Below are positions 8,157 through 16,795 of a stretch of DNA of 64,000 nt, in pieces; within the stretch, counting starts at the first letter, position 1, and the number at the start of each line of letters is the position of its first letter. Below the pieces are notes generated by a model that was not told the DNA's origin, searched no databases, and saw nothing but the letters and a program-made list of their open reading frames with translations. This stretch comes from Chromatocurvus sp. (GTDB taxonomy: Bacteria; Pseudomonadota; Gammaproteobacteria; Pseudomonadales; Halieaceae): positions 4,543-68,542 of the forward strand of contig JBHEOO010000017.1 of the NCBI GenBank assembly GCA_046260765.1. Direction: 5' to 3'. The translations under genes and the position numbers were made by a program.

Positions 8157-10559
8157 ATGACTATTTATTCGAGCACTTCTGGCGTGCGCCTTCGATGGCT
8201 GCACTTGCTTGTTCTCGCCCTGGCCAGCGCGCCATTTCTCGCAGACGCAGCGCCGGGCACGCTGCTTGTCACGGCACTGGAAGCAGAGTCCGGTCGCTCC
8301 CTGGCGGGTGTCCGAGTCGAGGTCACCGACCGTGATGGCCAGTCAGTCACGGCATTTTCCGATGATTTCGGGGAGGTGCGCTTCGATAATCTCGAAGAGG
8401 GTTTCTATCGCGTCGAGGCGAGTGCGGAGGGACGTGTTCTGACCCTCGAACCGAGCACTCGGGTTCTCGCCCGACGCAGCTCGACTCTCCGGATTCAGAT
8501 GCCAAAGTTGGCGCCCCGGCTGGATGCGCCGCTCGAGGAGGTGCTTGTGGTCGCCCGCGCCCGGCAGGCAGATCGCCTGGGCGGTGTTGGCGCCAGCTTT
8601 CGCAACCGCGATGAGTTGCGCAATGCCGTCGGCGCTGGTCCAGATGCCATGCGTGCGCTGGATGGTCTCCCCGGACTGGTGTCGGATGGCGCCTTCGCCG
8701 GCTTTACCGTGCGTGGCCGCGGCCCGCGCAACAACCTGATTTTCGTCGACGACTTTCCCCTCGACAAGGTAGTGCACTTCGACCAGACCATCGGCGAGGA
8801 TGACGATATCGGCGGCGGTGGACGCTTTTCCATCTTTGCGCCGAACTCGGTGGCGGGGGCGGAATTCTCACCGGGCGGCTGGGGTGCTGCTTACGGGGGT
8901 CGCGCAGGCTCTCTGCTGCGTCTCGAGCTCGCCGAGGGCGGCTTGACACCGGTCACCAGTCTGCGTCTGGATGTCGCCGGTGCTGAGTTTACCTACGATG
9001 GCCCCTCGGGTTTTGACGACGACACCTCGATATTCCTCACTGCGCGACGCTTCGATTTTGGCAACCTGTTTGAGCTGATCGGCCAGGATGCCATCGGCAC
9101 GCCAAAGGTCACGGATATCATCCTCAAGACAACGAGCCAGCTTAGCGACCGTGACGAACTGCAGTTCCTTGTGATTCACGCGCCGGAGGAGTTCACACGG
9201 GACCTCGGCAACGTTGCCAATTCCGATGACTTCGACAACGTTAACCTTATCCGCTCGAAGCAGGATCTGTCTCTGTTTGGCGTGACCTGGCGGCGAATGG
9301 TGGGCAGCAACGGAGCGTGGAGCAACCGGCTCTACCTGCGTAGCAGTGACAAGGACTCTACCCAGGGCGAGGCTTTTCCTGATCTTGTCTCGGGCGGCGT
9401 TATTCCGGCCAGAGAAAATATTTTCTCAATCCTTGAGCGGGAGGATGAGATTGGCTGGCGCAGCGACTTCTCGACCTTCAACCGCTTTGGCGAGTTTTCA
9501 GCTGGTCTGCGGGTCGTGCACATTGATGCCGACTTCGAGACGCAGCTGGATGGACCCTGGACCCGCTACGTTTACGAGAGTGCCGATCCGCGGCCCCCTG
9601 GGCAGCAGTACATTGTCTGGCAGCCCGGGAACATCGAGGCCAGGTTTGGTCGGACGGGGACAAACCTCGCGGCCTATGTTGAACAGGTTGTCGAGCTGGG
9701 TCCTTTCGAGCTGCGCCCGGGCCTGCGCGTTGATCAGGATGCGTTTTCTGAAGAGACTTACCTTTCTCCCCGTTTTTCGGTGGCTTACGCGGCGACGCCG
9801 ACGCTGCGTTTTTCCCTGACGGGTGGCCTGTTTTACGAGTCGCCGCGGTTCCTGACGCGCGCTGCGAACCCGGATAATTTCGACCTTGGCAACGAGGAGA
9901 TCACCCATGTCAGCCTGGGCCTGGACTACACCATCAACGATGCCTGGAACGTCATCGCCGAGGTTTACCATCAGGAGCTCGATGACCTTGTTGTTGACCA
10001 GAGCCGCGCCAGCCGGCGCGCGCTGAATGCAGGCGATGGCACCAACAGCGGCTTTGACCTCGTGCTGCAGCGTGCCTTCGACAATGGCTGGTCCGCCGAC
10101 CTTACCTACTCCTACAACCGCGGGCGCCAGGACGACAACGATGGTCTCGGCAGCTACACGCCGGATTTCAGCCGCGAGCATTTTTTTTCCGTCGGCAGCC
10201 GCTGGGAAATCAATGAACGGCTGCAGCTGGCTGCGCGCTGGAAATGGGGTGGCGGCCGACCGGGAGATGCATTCATCATTCACCAGAATGTCATTCCGGA
10301 AAGTGGGCTTGTGCGCGCCTCAAAGGAAATCACAGAACAGAACGCGACGACTCTGGGCGACTACCAGTCGCTGAACGTGCGTGTCGATTACCGGCGTCGC
10401 TTCGGGCCCCTCGATGTTGTGCTGTTCCTTGATGTAATCAATCTCTATGGCGCAGAGCGCGGCTCGCCGCGGGATTTCAATCCCATCACCGGTCGGCAAA
10501 TTGACGACGATGCCAGTCCGTTTCCACAGTTCGGACTGATACTGGAGCGGGCCTGGTGA
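8157..10559 (+). CDS. TonB-dependent receptor-like outer membrane protein with an N-terminal carboxypeptidase-regulatory-like domain
   Basis: Signal peptide, then a CarboxypepD_reg-like segment (VTALEAESGRSLAGVRVEVTDRDG...FYRVEASAEGR), a plug-like region and a long beta-barrel-like C-terminus ending ...LILERAW. I prefer ATG at 8157 over the TTG at 8151 used by the track. Confidence 0.75.
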   Translation: MTIYSSTSGVRLRWLHLLVLALASAPFLADAAPGTLLVTALEAESGRSLAGVRVEVTDRDGQSVTAFSDDFGEVRFDNLEEGFYRVEASAEGRVLTLEPSTRVLARRSSTLRIQMPKLAPRLDAPLEEVLVVARARQADRLGGVGASFRNRDELRNAVGAGPDAMRALDGLPGLVSDGAFAGFTVRGRGPRNNLIFVDDFPLDKVVHFDQTIGEDDDIGGGGRFSIFAPNSVAGAEFSPGGWGAAYGGRAGSLLRLELAEGGLTPVTSLRLDVAGAEFTYDGPSGFDDDTSIFLTARRFDFGNLFELIGQDAIGTPKVTDIILKTTSQLSDRDELQFLVIHAPEEFTRDLGNVANSDDFDNVNLIRSKQDLSLFGVTWRRMVGSNGAWSNRLYLRSSDKDSTQGEAFPDLVSGGVIPARENIFSILEREDEIGWRSDFSTFNRFGEFSAGLRVVHIDADFETQLDGPWTRYVYESADPRPPGQQYIVWQPGNIEARFGRTGTNLAAYVEQVVELGPFELRPGLRVDQDAFSEETYLSPRFSVAYAATPTLRFSLTGGLFYESPRFLTRAANPDNFDLGNEEITHVSLGLDYTINDAWNVIAEVYHQELDDLVVDQSRASRRALNAGDGTNSGFDLVLQRAFDNGWSADLTYSYNRGRQDDNDGLGSYTPDFSREHFFSVGSRWEINERLQLAARWKWGGGRPGDAFIIHQNVIPESGLVRASKEITEQNATTLGDYQSLNVRVDYRRRFGPLDVVLFLDVINLYGAERGSPRDFNPITGRQIDDDASPFPQFGLILERAW

Positions 10560-10700
10560 AAGCCACCTGGTTCTTGCCCAGAAGTTGGGGGTCGGTTAGG
10601 ACCTGACCCAAAGACACTCGGACCACTTCCCCTGGCTCATCATCACACGTACTGTATGGGTCACGACAATTGCAACGCCACCCGCATATAACGCATAACA

Positions 10701-12026
10701 TTGCAGGGAGACGCCGTCTTGACAGGAATTCGCCCTGGCGCAGCCGCGTCATCGGAAGGCTTTGGTGCGGGCACGCGTCGCTACGTGCTGGCCATTCTGG
10801 TCATTGCCTACACCTTCAACTTCATCGATCGGCAGATTCTGGGCATTCTCGTGGAGCCGATCCGCCTGGAGCTTGGCGTGGGGGATACCGCGATGGGTCT
10901 GCTCACCGGATTGGCGTTTGCCGTGTTCTATACGCTGATGGGTATCCCCATTGCCCGCTACGCAGACCGCGCCAATCGTCGTAACCTGATTGCCGCCGCA
11001 GTCGGCATCTGGAGTCTGTTCACTGCGGCCCAGGGGCTTGCGCAGAACTACTGGCAGCTGCTCGCTTATCGCATCGGCGTGGGCGTCGGGGAGGCCGGCT
11101 GCTCGCCGCCGGCGCATTCCATGCTGTCAGACTACTATCCCGCCAATCAGCGCGCGACGGCGCTCGGTGTCTATTCTCTGGGTATACCCGTCGGTATTCT
11201 GTTCGGCTTTTTTGTCGGCGGCTGGATGAACGAGTGGTTTGGCTGGCGTGCGGCGTTTCTCGTGGTCGGTATCCCCGGTGTCGTGCTCGCGCTGGTCATT
11301 CGCTTCACCGTGCGTGAGCCGCATCGCGGTATGTCGGAGCAGCGATCCACGGCAGACCCCCATGCGCAGCAGCCTGCCATCGGCGCGGTATGTCGCTATC
11401 TGCTGGGTCGCCGGTCGTTCATTCACATGGCCCTGGGTGGGGGTATCTCTGCGTTTGTGGGTTATGGGTTGATCTCCTGGTCGGCGGCTTTCCTGGCTCG
11501 TAGTCACGGGCTGTCCTCGGGGGAGATCGGTACCTGGCTGGGTCTTATTTTTGGTATCCCAGGCGGGATTGGCATTGTACTGGGCGGTCGTCTGGCGGAT
11601 TACTTCGGTGAGCGTGATCAGCGTTGGTACCTGTGGGTGGTGGCGGTGGCGCTGTTGATTGCGGTGCCCACGGGGGTGGGGTTCTTCCTTTCTGACTCAG
11701 TCAACGTTGCGCTGGTGTTTTTAATTATTCCCGTGATTCTGGGCAATTTCTATCAGGCGACAACGTTTGCCCAGACCCAGACGCTGGTCGGATTGCGCAT
11801 GCGCAGTGTCGCGGCGGCTATTCTTTTGTTCGTGATCAATATTGTTGGCCTCGCTTTCGGGCCGTCGGTGGTAGGCATGCTCAGCGACCTGCTGGCACCG
11901 CACTACGGTGTCGAATCTCTCCGCTGGGCACTTTTGATCTGCTCTATGGCGAATCTCTGGGCGGCGTTTCACTACTGGCGCGCGGGAGTGCACTTTCCAG
12001 GGGATTTGCGCCGGGTAAAGGATTGA
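10701..12026 (+). CDS. MFS transporter (Spinster-like subfamily)
   Basis: Shows YTFNFIDRQILGILVEPIRLELG and about 12 predicted TM segments. There is no ATG near the 5' end, so the start must be TTG or GTG (10701 or nearby) and is uncertain. Confidence 0.75.
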   Translation: MQGDAVLTGIRPGAAASSEGFGAGTRRYVLAILVIAYTFNFIDRQILGILVEPIRLELGVGDTAMGLLTGLAFAVFYTLMGIPIARYADRANRRNLIAAAVGIWSLFTAAQGLAQNYWQLLAYRIGVGVGEAGCSPPAHSMLSDYYPANQRATALGVYSLGIPVGILFGFFVGGWMNEWFGWRAAFLVVGIPGVVLALVIRFTVREPHRGMSEQRSTADPHAQQPAIGAVCRYLLGRRSFIHMALGGGISAFVGYGLISWSAAFLARSHGLSSGEIGTWLGLIFGIPGGIGIVLGGRLADYFGERDQRWYLWVVAVALLIAVPTGVGFFLSDSVNVALVFLIIPVILGNFYQATTFAQTQTLVGLRMRSVAAAILLFVINIVGLAFGPSVVGMLSDLLAPHYGVESLRWALLICSMANLWAAFHYWRAGVHFPGDLRRVKD

Positions 12027-12034
12027 CCCGCAAT

Positions 12035-12559
12035 TCAATGCTGGTTTGATGTCGCCCGGGCAGCGTTCCATTCGTCCCGGGTCGCGGGTTGCTTCTGGTA
12101 TTCCATCACCATCGTCCACTCGCCTGACTTCAGCAGCAGAGCCTCAAAGTGGATATAGGCGTCCCCGATGTCGCTGGCGTCAACAGACTCCCCCGTCGGT
12201 CCTGACCGATAATGAAATATGCCTTTCTCATGCGAGGTCGACTCGCTGAAGAGGCGATTCGTGATCTGGAATTCAACGCTTGAGAACGTCTTGCCCGCGC
12301 TTGTCTCAAGAATCCCCGGCTTCCACCGCTCAAGCGCACGGGTGATAGGGTAGCTGGTTCCGAGGGACTCGCTCACCAGTACCGCGTCGGGGTGGTAGGT
12401 TGAGACCACTCCGTCGAAGTCTCCTGCGGCCAGGTAGGCCTCTACGCTGCGCCAGTAGGCATTGAGCTCACCTTCAATGACGCCGTCATCTGCCAGTGCC
12501 TGCGCAGAGCCAAAAAGCAGGAGCGAGATGACGGCTATGGCATGACGTCGGTTTTTCAT
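12035..12559 (-). CDS. Secreted NTF2/SnoaL-like (DUF4440-like) protein
   Basis: Signal peptide MKNRRHAIAVISLLLFGSAQALA. The size and pattern fit the NTF2-like fold family. The call is tentative. Confidence 0.5.
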   Translation of the reverse strand: MKNRRHAIAVISLLLFGSAQALADDGVIEGELNAYWRSVEAYLAAGDFDGVVSTYHPDAVLVSESLGTSYPITRALERWKPGILETSAGKTFSSVEFQITNRLFSESTSHEKGIFHYRSGPTGESVDASDIGDAYIHFEALLLKSGEWTMVMEYQKQPATRDEWNAARATSNQH

Positions 12560-12782
12560 GATGCGTATCCTTCAGGTTCGACACGTAGGCAGGCCAACAC
12601 TTAAGCCCTGCTTTCATTCTGTATCGGTGTCTGATGGTTTCTGAGCGCCTTACTATAAACCCACAGGCTGTGGCGCTCCCTGCTGTGCGGCGCGTGCTGG
12701 CGGCGCTACGAAGCGAAACTGTCCTTGTCATGCGTGCTCCGGCCAATAATATTACCTTGACGATACTCATCCGGGAAGCGGC

Positions 12783-13178
12783 ATGGTGGCTTCGATTCTG
12801 CTTGTGGCCCTCTTTGCGATAATGCTCTTGATCCTGGCACTGGCAGTGCTTGCGGTTATCGACAGACGCGCGAACCGCATCGAATGGCGTAGACTCTCTG
12901 CGCTACAGCCTTCGGGTCCGCCAAAATTTGATCTTGCAATGATTGCTGATCTTCCAGCGGCTGCGCGTCGTTACTTTACCTTTACGATCAAGCCCGGTAC
13001 CCCGCTTTTTTCGGTGGCCGAGATCGACATGAGCGGTCAGTTCAGTCTGGGCACTAAAGACCGGCCCGCCTACCAGCCGATGCGGGCGCGCCAGATACTG
13101 GCGGTGCCCGAGGGATTCGTCTGGGCGATGCGCACACGTGGGGGGATGCCGATATCGGGATCGGATGCCGCGCCATGA
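12783..13178 (+). pseudogene. Probable 3'-truncated remnant of a DUF6544-like membrane-anchored protein
   Basis: N-terminal TM helix, then LPAAARRYFTFTIKPGTP...GQFSL...PEGFVWAMR, which resembles the first third of roughly 270-aa DUF6544-type proteins as I remember them. The ORF stops after 131 aa and the following 230 bp has no intact continuation. Confidence 0.4.
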
Positions 13179-13405
13179 CCACCATGATCCGATTGCTTCA
13201 GGTCGCGCCACCGATTTCTGGCGAACCGCTGGCGCCGCGCATTGACGGGAAATTCCCTGTGCGCGGCAACCGATTCTTGAAGCGTGTTGCCCCGGTGCCT
13301 GCATCGCTATTGATCTGGAGCGCCACAGTTACATTGTTATAGGCGTAATGCCGGTACAACCCGCGTCACCGCACCTTCTCGGTTGAATAACACATCGCGC
13401 TTCCA

Positions 13406-13832
13406 CTATGCGATGATCACTGCAACACCGACGAAGATCCACGTGTCCCAGGGTTGCGCATCCGGCCAGAAGGGGTTGATCAGTTGCCAGTGAGACAGCA
13501 TCGGCAGCAGAAGGCTCCCCCGTGCGCTCTTGAAGATGGGCGTAATCAGGATGGCAAGCGTCACGTTACCGATAAAAAAAGGGCAGGAGGCTCCAGTCTT
13601 CATACACCACGCCGGCAAGGAAAAACGCCGGCAGGTGCCATAGGCGGGCCGCCCCCAGCAGCGATCCGCCGTTGATTGCCCCGAACATGGCGGTGGCCGC
13701 TTCTGGAAACAGTGCATAGCTGCCTACAATCCCCCGGGTAATGACGAAGGTGCCAGTCAGTAAAAAAACAGAGAATTGAAGGGGACATCGCGATTCAATC
13801 CAGCTGACGCAATGGCCATGTTCGATCTCCAA
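13406..13832 (-). pseudogene. Small polytopic membrane protein split by a frameshift in a T7/A7 homopolymer
   Basis: Track ORFs 13566..13832 and 13406..13717 are both hydrophobic. They join into ...VVYEDWSLLPFFIGNVTLAILITPIF... if one base is removed from the A7 run at 13574-13580. Confidence 0.55.
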
Positions 13833-13898
13833 CGAGGTTAAATGATAAGCTTCCAGTGGCTTTGTAGCGGTTTACGTGTTTTGCCTCATTTTTTGGAT

Positions 13899-13920
13899 AA
13901 ACGTCTCCGCGGAGACGTTT
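13899..13920. repeat. Perfect 22-bp palindrome AAACGTCTCCGCGGAGACGTTT
   Basis: Read directly. It sits in a lower-GC, roughly 275-bp noncoding spacer (13833-14107). Confidence 0.9.
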
Positions 13921-14107
13921 TCTGGTTATATAGCGAATGGTGGATCAGCGTTTCAAAATATAACAAACGTTCAACGTCAAACCGACTGGCGGTGGACTCT
14001 CGGAGGCAGAAGCCCGGCTATAGCGAGTGGGTTGGTGAGAGCGCGGGATGCCATCAGGCGGCGCGTGACCTCACTCTCAGCGGGCGAATATTTACACCAT
14101 TTCAACG

Positions 14108-14560
14108 TCAACCTGCCACCGCCGCGTCCGTAATCGCCTTCAGCGCCCTCTGCAGGTTGGGCACAACGCCACAGTCCGTAACGCCGTGCCGCTGCGCCAG
14201 GTAGGCGGGGTCGTTGTAGCCGACCCAGGTTCTCGAGGCCGCGTCTTCCCAGACCAGTGCCTTCAATGGCAGATCAATCCCAATCGACTGCGTGCATTGC
14301 ATAAACGGGGTGCCGCCCTGTGGATTCCCGAAGATCAGTACTTCGGTGGGGCGTAGTGACTTGCCGACCTTATTGGCGCCTGCCGCATGATCAATGCGTG
14401 CAAAGATGTTAAGTCCACGGTCTTTGACCCCGGTTTCCAACCTGTCCATTGTTTCCTCTGGACTGTAGGGGCTTTCCACCACGATCAGGCCCTCGGCGGC
14501 AATGGCAAAAGACGTGGTCATAAAGATGGCGAGTGCCGCAATGCTGCGAAAAAAGTTCAT
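14108..14560 (-). CDS. DUF302 domain-containing periplasmic protein
   Basis: Signal peptide plus ...TEVLIFGNPQGGTPFMQ...IDLPLKALVWED..., typical of DUF302. Confidence 0.75.
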   Translation of the reverse strand: MNFFRSIAALAIFMTTSFAIAAEGLIVVESPYSPEETMDRLETGVKDRGLNIFARIDHAAGANKVGKSLRPTEVLIFGNPQGGTPFMQCTQSIGIDLPLKALVWEDAASRTWVGYNDPAYLAQRHGVTDCGVVPNLQRALKAITDAAVAG

Positions 14561-14689
14561 AGTCTTATCCTACTGCTTTGGGCGGCCGCCGACTTGCAGC
14601 TGGCCCTTGCCAGTGCGGATCCTGCAGCGGCGAACTGTGTGTTCTTATCTAAGGATAGCATCGGGCGTTTGAAAAAAGGCGCATCGGAG

Positions 14690-14992
14690 CTAATGCAGGC
14701 TTTTTCGTCTTTCCTCAGTGTCGAAACGTATCTGCCGGTGATCGTCGTTGATGACGATATCGATAGCGGCCAGTTTCTGCTTTATCAGGGTTCGCATGCC
14801 CTGCAGGTCGCCCCGAGCAAGATGGTCATCTGTGTCATAGACACACACGACCAGCAGCGAGTCGGGAAACGCCTTGTAGTCTGCAGAGTGGGTCAGCCAG
14901 GCGAATCCGTCATGGTGCGTCAGCGCTGTCTCGCAGGCGTCAGTCAGTGCTGCCCTGATCGCATTGTCCTTTTTCTTGTCGGTTTTTCTCAT
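14690..14992 (-). CDS. Conserved hypothetical 100-aa protein (a family often auto-annotated as Fis-family regulator in Vibrio and Shewanella)
   Basis: MRKTDKKKDNAIRAALTDACETAL...FAWLTH...FPDSLLVVCVYDT...IRFDTEE resembles a conserved gammaproteobacterial small-protein family from memory. Confidence 0.55.
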   Translation of the reverse strand: MRKTDKKKDNAIRAALTDACETALTHHDGFAWLTHSADYKAFPDSLLVVCVYDTDDHLARGDLQGMRTLIKQKLAAIDIVINDDHRQIRFDTEERRKSLH

Positions 14993-15093
14993 ATCACTAT
15001 TAATACGCTGGCGAATATCGCGGCACCTACAAACGCGGCGAGCGTTGCGAGATGGACCGGTCGGGTAGAGTCGTTCTGGCTGAATTTTTTCAT
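14989..15093 (-). CDS. Possible 34-aa single-TM mini-protein, ATGA-coupled to the downstream gene
   Basis: MKKFSQNDSTRPVHLATLAAFVGAAIFASVLIVI. Its stop overlaps the next ATG (14989-14992). There is no clear SD. Confidence 0.3.
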   Translation of the reverse strand: MKKFSQNDSTRPVHLATLAAFVGAAIFASVLIVI

Positions 15094-15367
15094 GCGATCA
15101 ATGACGCAATAGCCTGATTGTAGCGGGGTGCGCCGGAAAGTGTCGGGATACTGGCGTTCATGAGCGACTGTTCGGCGCGTGATCGGGTGTACTCGACTTC
15201 TCCGGGAAGCTGCGTGCAGCGCTGGTCGCGCACAAGTGCGTTGAGCGGTGGAATGCGATCGCTCTCTGGAAACAGCCTGGCGCTTGCCTCCCCGGCGCCA
15301 ATTTGAAAAACTCGAACGACGGCGGAATACCGACCGCGCTCCCTTTAACTGCTGAGAGGCATCCACC

Positions 15368-15757
15368 ATGCCAGTTGAAATACAGGTGCTCGCCTACGCG
15401 GGCCTGCTGCAATTTGTTCAGATCGTCCTGATGGCGATTCCAGTCAATATCCAGCTCGGCCCGGCCTATACCGCCGGTCCCCGGGACGAGGAGCGTAAGC
15501 CCAGCGGTCTGGCCGGCCGGCTCAAGCGAGCGGTGGACAACCACTTTGAAGGCCTGACGCTCTTCGCCATCGCGGTGGTTGTGGTGGTGCTGGGTGATGC
15601 GACCAGCGCTCTCACGGCGCAGTGCGCGTGGGCCTACCTGATTGCGCGCATTCTCTATGTGCCGGCCTATGCGTCGGGTGTCTACCTGCTGCGTTCTCTG
15701 ATCTGGGCGGTGGGCTTCTTGGCCACCCTGGTTATGCTGCTGGTTGCCGTGCTGTGA
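15368..15757 (+). CDS. MAPEG family membrane protein
   Basis: 129 aa with several hydrophobic (TM-like) segments and ...NHFEGLTLFAIAVVVV...RILYVPAY..., typical of MAPEG. Confidence 0.75.
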   Translation: MPVEIQVLAYAGLLQFVQIVLMAIPVNIQLGPAYTAGPRDEERKPSGLAGRLKRAVDNHFEGLTLFAIAVVVVVLGDATSALTAQCAWAYLIARILYVPAYASGVYLLRSLIWAVGFLATLVMLLVAVL

Positions 15758-16707
15758 TGGCGCTGGCGCGGCGCCTCTGCCTGCTGGCAGCATTGCTGTG
15801 GCAGGTAGGTCACACCACCGCGGAAACCTCCTTACAATCCGGTTTTGTCGACGTGCCGGGCGGCCCCGTGTGGTATGAGATTGCCGGCGATGGGGCCGGG
15901 GTGCCGCTGCTTACCCTCCATGGGGGGCCGGGCGGTACGTCCTGCGGGTCACAGCTGCTCTATCCGCTGGCAAATGAGCGCCCGGTTATCCGCTATGACC
16001 AGTTGGGCAGCGGACGCTCGGGTCGTCCCAGCGACACCAGCCTGTGGCAGCGAGACCGCTTCGTCGAGGCGCTGCACACACTGCGCCAGGAGCTCGGTCT
16101 TGAACGCCTGCACCTGCATGGCCACAGCTGGGGCGGTGCGCTGGCTGCATATTACGTGCTGCAGGAGGGGGCGGAAGGAATAGTGTCGCTGACGCTGTCA
16201 TCGCCACTGATCAGCACACCCCTGTGGATGCGTGACGCGGATGCCTTGCGCGCGACCCTTCCAAGGGAGGTGCAGGATACGCTCGACAGGCACGAGGGCG
16301 AGGGCAGCACTGATCACGAAGATTACGTGGCGGCCACGGAGGTGTTTTACAGCCAATTCGTGACGCGCGGTGCAGCGGTGGAGGAAACCCGCTGCGAGGA
16401 TGCACCGCGAAACGCGCTGATCTATCTGCAGATGTGGGGGCCCACAGAGTTTCATGCCACCGGCAGCCTGCGGGACTTCGATCTCACCCCGCGTCTCGCT
16501 GAGATTGATGTGCCGACCCTGTTCATCACGGGTGAGTACGACGAGGCAAGGCCGGAAACTATCCGCGCCTTTGCCGAGGCCATTCCAGGGGCTCAGATTG
16601 AGGTGCTCCCCCAGGTGGGTCATGCGTCTCTCAGCAGGGCGCCGCAGCGCTACCGGGAGCTTCTGGCCAGTTTCCTGCGTGAGGCGGAGGCTCGCAGCGT
16701 TGAATGA
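15757..16707 (+). CDS. Secreted alpha/beta hydrolase, proline iminopeptidase-like
   Basis: ATG at 15757 overlaps the MAPEG stop (TGATG). Signal peptide MALARRLCLLAALLW, oxyanion-type LHGGPGG, and nucleophile elbow GHSWGG. Confidence 0.8.
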   Translation: MALARRLCLLAALLWQVGHTTAETSLQSGFVDVPGGPVWYEIAGDGAGVPLLTLHGGPGGTSCGSQLLYPLANERPVIRYDQLGSGRSGRPSDTSLWQRDRFVEALHTLRQELGLERLHLHGHSWGGALAAYYVLQEGAEGIVSLTLSSPLISTPLWMRDADALRATLPREVQDTLDRHEGEGSTDHEDYVAATEVFYSQFVTRGAAVEETRCEDAPRNALIYLQMWGPTEFHATGSLRDFDLTPRLAEIDVPTLFITGEYDEARPETIRAFAEAIPGAQIEVLPQVGHASLSRAPQRYRELLASFLREAEARSVE

Positions 16708-16795
16708 GTCGTCAGGGCAGCGGCGCTAACGGAGCATTTGACGGGTCGTGGCAAGCCTGTCAATCTTCTGGGATAACACATAAAGGGGCAGAAAA

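Noticed and set aside
13842-14204. 120-aa plus-strand ORF in the low-GC spacer
   Set aside because: There is no SD, its composition is odd (W/R/S-rich), and it runs antisense into the DUF302 gene. I treat it as non-coding.
15090-15161. 23-codon ORF (MNASIPTLSGAPRYNQAIASLIA) whose TGA overlaps the ATG of the 34-codon TM mini-ORF, suggesting a chain of three coupled ORFs
   Set aside because: It has no SD, no hydrophobic or otherwise protein-like character, and an upstream frame open only by chance. It is too weak to report as a gene.
14989-15369. 126-aa and 211-aa minus-strand track ORFs (14989..15369, 15158..15793) upstream of and antisense to the MAPEG gene
   Set aside because: The products are Arg/Ser/Ala-rich without motifs. 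Only the last 34 codons of the first look protein-like, and those are reported separately at low confidence.
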